64,000 nucleotides of DNA from an uncultured Pseudomonadota bacterium (GTDB lineage: Bacteria > Pseudomonadota > Gammaproteobacteria > Ga0077536). Under the pieces are notes generated by a model. The model was not told where the DNA came from. It did not search any database and saw only the letters and a program-made list of their open reading frames with translations. Below are positions 57,370 through 64,000 of this stretch, one piece after another. Numbering within the stretch: the stretch's first letter is position 1; every line of letters starts with the position of its first letter. A program made the position numbers and the translations under genes. Location of the stretch: contig CAIKBL010000042.1 in the NCBI GenBank assembly GCA_903825645.1, positions 117,289 to 181,288 of the forward strand, read 5' to 3'.

Positions 57370-58161
57370 TCAGACAAGCGTGATGTTGATCCCCGCCAGC
57401 CTGAAATCCCGGGTGCCGCACGACAACCCGTAGCGCGCTGCGGTGGCGAGGATGTCCGTCATCCGGCGAGTCGCGAGAGAAAGACCCACGAGCGCGTCCG
57501 CGCGACCCGATGTTTGCGGCAGGAAATGTAGCCGGGCGTTCTCCAGCGCCAACACGGGGTGGCCCGTCTCTTTCAGCAACGGACGCACCGTTACGGCCGC
57601 CCAGCAGGCCGCCACTTTGTCCGGATCGGTGCACGCGATCGCGGCCGCCGCGATGCCCTCGACCCAACCTTTCCCCGGCGCGGCCCGCCAGTCGGAACCT
57701 GCCGGCATCCAGGGACCGTCCGGCGCCTGCGCGTGCGGGCCAAGCTGCTCGTCTATTTCCAGAAAGCTGCCGCCGGTGTCCCGGGGATGCAGTTGCATAT
57801 GGATGAACTCAGTCGTTTGAAAACTGTGCACGGTGCGCACCCCCAGCGCACTCGCCCGCGCACGGTAAGGCGCGTGTGGGCCGCATTGGGTGATGACCAT
57901 ATAGCCACCCGGTCCGCCCTGGCGCGCGAGTTGGCGGGCGCCGGCGCAATCTGCACGGACGGGCGCCACGATTTCAATGAACTGGTGGCCAATCGAAAAG
58001 AGCACATTCTCGAGCCCGAATTCCGCGACGGCCGGGTCGCGATGACACACCGAAAGCCCGAGCACGGCCTGAAACAGATCAATTAATGGCGGTAGGGCAG
58101 GTGCGAGTAGCGCTATCTGACGAAGTCGCAACCAAGCGGGGGAAGGAGGAGTGTCCGTCAT
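57370..58161 (-). CDS. VOC/glyoxalase-like domain protein
   Basis: LRLRQIAL, FGLENVLF, FIEIVAP, GGYMVITQ, QLHPRDTGGSFLEID. Confidence 0.78.
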   Translation of the reverse strand: MTDTPPSPAWLRLRQIALLAPALPPLIDLFQAVLGLSVCHRDPAVAEFGLENVLFSIGHQFIEIVAPVRADCAGARQLARQGGPGGYMVITQCGPHAPYRARASALGVRTVHSFQTTEFIHMQLHPRDTGGSFLEIDEQLGPHAQAPDGPWMPAGSDWRAAPGKGWVEGIAAAAIACTDPDKVAACWAAVTVRPLLKETGHPVLALENARLHFLPQTSGRADALVGLSLATRRMTDILATAARYGLSCGTRDFRLAGINITLV

Positions 58162-58208
58162 GCGTCGTTCAGGCACGACAAGAGGCAGCCGCCCGCGGGC
58201 ACCCGCGC

Positions 58209-58457
58209 CTAGCCCCCTTCGAGAAGCGGCAGGAAAAACACTTCGCTCGTCGGCCCGATGGGCTCGAGCAGGGGATCTTGATAAATCTGCCCGTCAATCG
58301 CGACGGCGGTGCGGATCGCCACGCCCTCGGCGAAACCGGGATAACGCTCATCGAGGGTATCGATGAGCGTCTGATAATCCGCAGCGTCTACCTCCAGGGT
58401 GATCACCCCATCGGTATAACGCCGCGCAAACGCGGGCTGCAGGATAACGGTCGCCAA
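58209..58457 (-). CDS. MoaD/ThiS family ubiquitin-like sulfur carrier
   Basis: 82 aa; LDERYPG, AVAIDG, C-terminal FLPLLEGG. Confidence 0.88.
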   Translation of the reverse strand: MATVILQPAFARRYTDGVITLEVDAADYQTLIDTLDERYPGFAEGVAIRTAVAIDGQIYQDPLLEPIGPTSEVFFLPLLEGG

Positions 58458-58490
58458 AGCGTGCTCCCTGCAGCCCGATCAGGGCTAGCC

Positions 58491-60764
58491 TTACGCCTTC
58501 GCCTTCTGCAGCGCCGACAGCAACCGAGGGGGCGAGATCGGCAGATCATTCACCCGCACGCCACTGGCACGCGCCACCGCATTCGCCACCGCGGCAAGCG
58601 GGGGCACGATCGGCACTTCGCCGACACCACGCACCCCAAACGGATGGGTGGGGTTCGGGACTTCCACTATAACGGTGTCAATCATCGGCAAATCGGAGGC
58701 CACGGGCATCCGGTAGTCGAGGAAGCCGGCATTCTGCATTTGCCCCTGCTCGCTGTAGACATACTCTTCGTTCAGCGCCCAGCCAATGCCCTGGACCGCG
58801 CCGCCTTGCATCTGGCCTTCGACATAGGACGGATGAATTGCACGCCCCACGTCCTGGACGACCGTGTAGCGCACCACCGAAGTACGGCCGGTTTCCGGAT
58901 CGACTTCCACATCACAGATATGGGTGCCGAACGCAGCCCCTGCGCCGCCCACATTGAGCGCCGCCTTGCCGGTGATGGGTCCGCCTGTCCGCGCCGCACT
59001 GGCGGCGATTTCAGCCAGCGAAAGCTGGGTACGGGCATCCGTCTGGCCCTGCGCGGGATAGGCCACGCCGTCTTTCCAGATGACATCCTCGATACCGCAT
59101 TTCCAGAGCTTCGCCGCGCGGGCACGGAGCTGCTCGACGATGTCGTTAGCGGCTTCACAAACTGCCTTGCCGGTGGCAAACGTCACCCGGCTACCCCCCG
59201 TCAGGAAGGTGTAGCCGATCGAGGCGGTATCGCCGACCAGCGGCTTGACCTTGGCCAGATCGATACCGAGCACTTCTGCCGCCATCATCGCCATGGAAGC
59301 GCGCGAGCCGCCGATGTCCGGGCTACCGGTCACAACTTCCGCGGTGCCGTCTTCATTGATGTGAATTGCGGCGGTCGATTGACCTCCGATGTTGAACCAG
59401 AAACCCGACGCCACGCCGCGGCCCTGATTGGCCTTGAGTGGGGCGCTATAGTGCGGATGGGCCTTGGCCGCTTCAAGGGTCTCAACGAAACCGATGATCG
59501 GGAACTTCGGGCCGTAAAGGGCACGGGTCCCTTCCTTCGCCGCGTTCTTCAGACGCAAGGCCAACGGATCCATGCCAAGCTCAATGGCGAGCTCATCCAG
59601 CGCGGATTCCACAGCAAAGCTCGAAATCGGGGCGCCTGGCGCCCGATAGGCCGCACATTTGGCGCGGTTCGAAACGACGTCGTAGCCGACGGCTTTGGCA
59701 TTCGCCATGTCGTACGGGGCAAACGCTGTCATGCAACCCGGGACCGCCGGCGAGCCCGGGAAGGCGCCCGCCTGGTAGGCCAGCTCCAGCGATCCAGCAA
59801 CCAACGTACCGTCACGCTTGGCACCGATTTTGACCGTCATGTGGGCACCCGAAGTCGGGCCACTGGCGCGGAACACTTCGTCCCGTGACATCACCAGCTT
59901 GACCGGCTTACCCGTCTTACGGGAAAGCGCGACCGCGAGGGGTTCGAGATAAACCGTGGTCTTGCCACCGAAGCCACCACCGATTTCAGCGGGGATGACG
60001 CGCAGTTGGGCATCTTCAAGATGGAGCAGCTTGGCGCAGAACTCACGGATCATGAACTGACCCTGGCTGCTGCACCAAATAGTCGTCATGCCATCCGCCG
60101 CCATGCTGGCGATCGCCGCGTGCGGCTCGATGTAGCCCTGATGGACCGGCTGCGTGGTGTATTCGCGTTCGATCACAACATCAGAGTCTTTGAAGCCCTG
60201 CTCCACATCACCCATGTTGAATTCGGTACGGGCCGCGATGTTCGACGCTTTGGTCGGCTTCGGCTCAACGCCACTGGTGATCATGTCTTCATGCAGGATC
60301 GGCGCGTCGGGACGCATGGCCGCGCGGACGTCGATGACGTGCGGGAGCACTTCATAGTCGACGGTGATGAGCGCCAGCGCCGCTTCTGCGATGCTCGCAC
60401 TGATGGCGGCAACGGCCGCAACCGACTGGCCTTCGTAGAGCGCCTTGTGCCGGGCAATGACGTTCTCGGAGATGTGCCGATAGTTGACGGGCGATTCACC
60501 GCCGGCCACCACTTCGGACGGCAGTTCGGGGAAATCGGCGGCGGTGATGACCGCACGCACGCCCGGGAGGGCAAGGGCGCGCGAGGCATCAATCGACTTG
60601 ATGCGGGCATGGGCGTGGGGGCTGCGCAGCACCCGACCGGCCAACATGCCCGGCAACGTGAAGTCTGCACCGTAATTCGCCTGACCCGTGACTTTGTCCA
60701 CACCATCCGGACGCACCGGACGCGTGCCGACCCATTTAAATTGTTGTTTACCTTCATTACCCAT
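58491..60764 (-). CDS. xanthine dehydrogenase family molybdopterin-binding subunit
   Basis: DKVTG, LRSPHAHARI, HQGYIEP, IGGGFGGK, AYRAPG, EGQMQGG, RGVGE. Confidence 0.93.
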   Translation of the reverse strand: MGNEGKQQFKWVGTRPVRPDGVDKVTGQANYGADFTLPGMLAGRVLRSPHAHARIKSIDASRALALPGVRAVITAADFPELPSEVVAGGESPVNYRHISENVIARHKALYEGQSVAAVAAISASIAEAALALITVDYEVLPHVIDVRAAMRPDAPILHEDMITSGVEPKPTKASNIAARTEFNMGDVEQGFKDSDVVIEREYTTQPVHQGYIEPHAAIASMAADGMTTIWCSSQGQFMIREFCAKLLHLEDAQLRVIPAEIGGGFGGKTTVYLEPLAVALSRKTGKPVKLVMSRDEVFRASGPTSGAHMTVKIGAKRDGTLVAGSLELAYQAGAFPGSPAVPGCMTAFAPYDMANAKAVGYDVVSNRAKCAAYRAPGAPISSFAVESALDELAIELGMDPLALRLKNAAKEGTRALYGPKFPIIGFVETLEAAKAHPHYSAPLKANQGRGVASGFWFNIGGQSTAAIHINEDGTAEVVTGSPDIGGSRASMAMMAAEVLGIDLAKVKPLVGDTASIGYTFLTGGSRVTFATGKAVCEAANDIVEQLRARAAKLWKCGIEDVIWKDGVAYPAQGQTDARTQLSLAEIAASAARTGGPITGKAALNVGGAGAAFGTHICDVEVDPETGRTSVVRYTVVQDVGRAIHPSYVEGQMQGGAVQGIGWALNEEYVYSEQGQMQNAGFLDYRMPVASDLPMIDTVIVEVPNPTHPFGVRGVGEVPIVPPLAAVANAVARASGVRVNDLPISPPRLLSALQKAKA

Positions 60765-60766
60765 GA

Positions 60767-61243
60767 CTATGCACTCCTCATGACTGCGGCGGCCTTCTGG
60801 ACCGCGCGGACGATTTTGTCGTAACCCGTACACCGGCACAGATTGCCGGCCAACCAGAATCGGATCTCTTCTTCACTGGGATCAGCATTTTCCTCCAGCA
60901 GGGCTTTGGCCGCCACGATGATCCCGGGGGTGCAGATCCCGCATTGCAATGCGGCTTCATTCAAAAATACCTGCTGCAAAGGATGCAGTACGCCGGCCTT
61001 GGCGACACCTTCGATGGTCTCGACAGCGGCGCCGTTCAGCTCGGCACCCAGAACCAGGCAGGCACAGACCAGACGACCATCGACACGAACGCTGCACGCG
61101 CCGCAGTCACCGGAGCCGCAGCCCTCTTTCGAGCCCGTCAGACCAAGCTCGTCGCGCAGTACGTCGAGCAGGGTTTGCTCGGTCTCGCACAGGAACTCGG
61201 TCGGATCGCCATTAACCGTCAGACTGATGTGATGTTTGCTCAT
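60767..61243 (-). CDS. xanthine dehydrogenase family [2Fe-2S] subunit
   Basis: GCGSGDCGAC, QCGICTPG, GNLCRCTGY. Confidence 0.95.
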   Translation of the reverse strand: MSKHHISLTVNGDPTEFLCETEQTLLDVLRDELGLTGSKEGCGSGDCGACSVRVDGRLVCACLVLGAELNGAAVETIEGVAKAGVLHPLQQVFLNEAALQCGICTPGIIVAAKALLEENADPSEEEIRFWLAGNLCRCTGYDKIVRAVQKAAAVMRSA

Positions 61244-62106
61244 GCTCGGCTCCTCGCGCGCTCGTAGGCGATTATCGCGGCGCGTTTCGCGAGCACGCCG
61301 GCCACCTGGGTACGGAATTCAATGGTGCCCCGCTTGTCATTAATGGGGGCGCAGGCTGCACGGGCAGCGGCAGCTAGCGCTTCAAGCGCGGCCGCTTCAA
61401 CCCGGGTGCCGACAAGCGCATGGCTGGCGGCTTCCACCAGCAATGCGCGGGGGGCCACCGCACCGAGTGCCACGCGCGCGTGCGTGCAGACGCCGCTCGC
61501 GTCGAGCAGGAGATTCACCGCGGCACCGACCACGGCAATGTCCATTTCCGTTCGCGGAATGAAACGCAGGTAGGCATCGCCGCCCTTTGCGGCTTGCGCC
61601 GGCAGAAAGAAATCAACTACGAATTCGCCGGGAGCGAGGCTCGTCTTGCCGGGGGAAACGGCAATGGCGTCAACCGCGACCACCCGGCGTCCGCCTGGAC
61701 CGACGATCGTGCAGGTGGCGCCGGCCGCGATCAGGCCAGGCACGCCGTCCGCGGCGGGCGATGCATTGCAGACGTTGCCACCAAGGCTTGCTCGACCCTG
61801 AATCTGGGTTGAGCCGATCAGACGCGCGCCTTCGATCACGCCCGGCCACATGGTGGACAGGGCGGGATGTTCACCGAGCTCAGCCCCGCTGACGGCGGCG
61901 CCGATCCGGAAACCGCCGTTTTCGGTTCGGATAGTTCGCAACTCCGGGATACGCTTCAAGTCGACGACGCCCTGCGCCTGTATGCGGCCACTGCGTAGTT
62001 GCACCAGCAAGTCTGTACCGCCAGCCAGTACCCGCTGACGCGAGTCTGTCTTTTGCAGCAACGCCACGGCCTCTTCAACCGTGGTCGGGTTGTTGAAAGT
62101 CAGCAA
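61240..62106 (-). CDS. xanthine dehydrogenase family FAD-binding subunit
   Basis: LAGGTDL, IGSTQIQGRASLGGNVCNASPAAD, ARVALGAVAP; TTG start after GGAGG. Confidence 0.93.
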   Translation of the reverse strand: MLTFNNPTTVEEAVALLQKTDSRQRVLAGGTDLLVQLRSGRIQAQGVVDLKRIPELRTIRTENGGFRIGAAVSGAELGEHPALSTMWPGVIEGARLIGSTQIQGRASLGGNVCNASPAADGVPGLIAAGATCTIVGPGGRRVVAVDAIAVSPGKTSLAPGEFVVDFFLPAQAAKGGDAYLRFIPRTEMDIAVVGAAVNLLLDASGVCTHARVALGAVAPRALLVEAASHALVGTRVEAAALEALAAAARAACAPINDKRGTIEFRTQVAGVLAKRAAIIAYERARSRA

Positions 62107-62488
62107 GGGCTACCTCCCGATAATTCTGTATTATTTGTATTCCCTGGGGCGCGTCAGCGCGCGCCCCTCTCCCGCGCGAGAGCGGTGGGGGCTCTCAGGA
62201 TAAAGTGGATCGCGGCTTTAATACAGCCTTCGCGACCTGCCGAGCCCGATTAATCCCCGAATGGGGTTAAATCGCTCTGCCGGCCGTCTGTTCACGATGC
62301 TGAGGTCACGCCCTTTAAAGTTCTATTTTTTGCAACTTATTAGCACTTGGTTGCAAATAACCTCGTCGCGACTGCGAAAGAACGGACTTTCTGCCTGCCG
62401 AACCGGACGCGCGCCCCGATCATCATCCCGTAACAATGCCCGAGGAGGATGACGGCTTTGTTACTCCCCGCGGGGTGGACTGTTCGTC

Positions 62489-63661
62489 TTGAAAAAAGCC
62501 CTTATCACCGGCATCACCGGCCAAGACGGTTCCTATCTCGCAGAGCTCCTGCTCGAGAAAGGCTACGAAGTCCATGGCATCAAGCGTCGTGCCTCCTCTT
62601 TCAATACCCAGCGGGTCGATCACCTCTATGAAGATCCGCACGCCCCGAACCCCCGTTTTTTCCTGCACTATGGGGATTTGACGGACAGCTCAAACCTGAC
62701 CCGCATTCTGGCTGAGGTAGCGCCCGACGAAGTCTACAATCTTGGCGCACAGAGCCATGTCGCAGTCAGTTTTGAGGCACCCGAGTACACGGCGGACGTC
62801 GACGCGATGGGAACCCTCAGGCTGCTCGAGGCCATCCGCTTCCTTGGATTCGAGAAGAAAACGCGCTTTTACCAAGCCAGTACTTCTGAGCTCTACGGCC
62901 TCGTGCAGGAGATCCCTCAGCGCGAGACAACCCCGTTTCATCCCAGAAGTCCCTATGGTGTCGCCAAGCTGTACGCTTATTGGATCACCGTGAACTATCG
63001 CGAGGCCTATGGCCTGTATGCCTGCAATGGGATCCTCTTCAATCACGAAAGTCCACGCCGGGGCGAAACTTTTGTGACGCGAAAGATCACCCGGGGGCTT
63101 GCCCACATCGCGCAAGGGCTCGACACCTGCCTTTATATGGGTAATCTGGATGCCTTGCGCGACTGGGGCCACGCCCGAGATTATGTCCGGGTGCAGTGGC
63201 TGATGTTGCAACAAGACGAACCCGCGGACTTTGTCATCGCGACCGGCAAACAGTATTCCGTGCGGGAATTCGTGCAATGGAGCGCCGCCGAACTCGGGGT
63301 GACGCTGCGCTTCGAGGGCAAAGGCATCGAGGAGAAAGGCTACGTGGACACCCTCTCGGGAGATCGGGCCCCCGCCCTCAAGCCCGGGGATTGCGTGGTC
63401 GCGATCGATCCGGGATATTTCCGCCCCGCGGAAGTCTCGAGCCTGCTGGGCGATCCGACCAAGGCCCGGGAGCGTCTCGGCTGGGTCCCGGAAATCACCG
63501 CCCAGGCGATGTGCGCGGAGATGGTCCGGGAAGATTTACAGGCTGCACAGCGCCTAGCGCTCCTGCACCGGCACGGTCTTCCGGCCTCGGGTAAGGCATT
63601 ACCGCCGACGGCTGCGGAGCCCACCTGCCAGTCGACCAAACGACGGATTCCGTATGGCTGA
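62489..63661 (+). CDS. gmd: GDP-mannose 4,6-dehydratase
   Basis: [60 protein letters not shown]. Confidence 0.97.
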   Translation: MKKALITGITGQDGSYLAELLLEKGYEVHGIKRRASSFNTQRVDHLYEDPHAPNPRFFLHYGDLTDSSNLTRILAEVAPDEVYNLGAQSHVAVSFEAPEYTADVDAMGTLRLLEAIRFLGFEKKTRFYQASTSELYGLVQEIPQRETTPFHPRSPYGVAKLYAYWITVNYREAYGLYACNGILFNHESPRRGETFVTRKITRGLAHIAQGLDTCLYMGNLDALRDWGHARDYVRVQWLMLQQDEPADFVIATGKQYSVREFVQWSAAELGVTLRFEGKGIEEKGYVDTLSGDRAPALKPGDCVVAIDPGYFRPAEVSSLLGDPTKARERLGWVPEITAQAMCAEMVREDLQAAQRLALLHRHGLPASGKALPPTAAEPTCQSTKRRIPYG

Positions 63662-64000
63662 GGCGGAACAGATCTTTGTTGCCGGCCATCGGGGAATGGT
63701 GGGCGCGGCCATTGTGCGGCGTCTCGAAGCACTCGGGATGTGCGATCAGATCCTGACCGCCGAGCGGGCAAGCCTAGATCTCACCTGTCAGGCGGCCGTG
63801 CGTCAGTTCTTCGAAACCCACCAGATTGCGCAAGTGATCCTGGCGGCTGCAAAGGTCGGCGGGATCCACGCGAACGATACCTACCCTGCGGACTTCCTGG
63901 TCGAAAACCTGCTGATCCAGACCCAGGTGATTCAGGCGGCCCACGCGACTCAGGTCGGGCGTCTGTTATTCCTTGGTTCGTCTTGCATTTATCCCAAAGA
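63654..64000 (+). CDS. fcl: GDP-L-fucose synthase (partial, runs off the window)
   Basis: Translated by hand from ATG 63654: [14 protein letters not shown]...[18 protein letters not shown]...[12 protein letters not shown]; missing from the ORF track. Confidence 0.93.
   Translation, partial: MAEAEQIFVAGHRGMVGAAIVRRLEALGMCDQILTAERASLDLTCQAAVRQFFETHQIAQVILAAAKVGGIHANDTYPADFLVENLLIQTQVIQAAHATQVGRLLFLGSSCIYPK

Noticed and set aside
58086-59888. 600-aa plus-strand ORF, and similar long antisense ORFs (e.g. 28858-29988, 43834-44973, 32966-34048)
   Set aside because: They lie antisense to well-supported genes, have no recognisable motifs, and are expected shadow ORFs in high-GC DNA.
58491-62106. 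Aerobic CO dehydrogenase (coxMSL)
   Set aside because: The active-site loop is AYRAPG rather than AYxCSFR, and coxDEFG accessory genes are absent.
1-64000. CRISPR arrays, IS elements, tRNA/rRNA, reverse transcriptase or defence systems
   Set aside because: No regularly spaced repeats, terminal inverted repeats with a transposase, cloverleaf structures, or RT/nuclease motifs were seen by eye; short degenerate elements could have been missed.

Overview
A GC-rich, gene-dense bacterial chromosome segment with about 57 CDS. I found no rRNA, tRNA, CRISPR array, transposase, integrase or phage structural gene. The periplasmic glucan enzyme OpgD, a GST and a proteobacterial-type ahcY with an SAH riboswitch point to a diderm, probably proteobacterial, host. 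Housekeeping genes (ilvB, opgD, ahcY, recQ, an RRM protein, gmd-fcl) are scattered among a large oxidative and CoA-dependent catabolic set: 4 cytochromes P450 with no ferredoxin partner in the window, 4 luciferase-like (LLM) oxidoreductases, a BVMO, single and fused acyl-CoA dehydrogenases, SDRs, VOC proteins, nitroreductases and a xanthine-dehydrogenase-family Mo enzyme. The main leads are: (1) a translationally coupled operon with an LvaA/LvaB-like phosphotransferase pair, CoA ligase, lactonase, crotonase, CoA-transferase and an uncharacterised aromatic-rich protein, in which the kinase has its catalytic HGD Asp replaced by Ala; (2) a repeated TTGTCCGRACAA palindrome that outlines a GntR/HutC regulon (P450-GST-LLM plus citryl-CoA-lyase-like and fused ACAD genes); (3) a structured ilvB leader containing a uORF; (4) a Hanks kinase fused to a pseudo-receiver domain with Ser at the phospho-acceptor Asp; (5) a three-tetraloop 3' element after the RRM gene; (6) a CTG-start, frameshifted 2OG-Fe(II) oxygenase. 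All calls come from reading motifs by eye; no database search or folding program was run.
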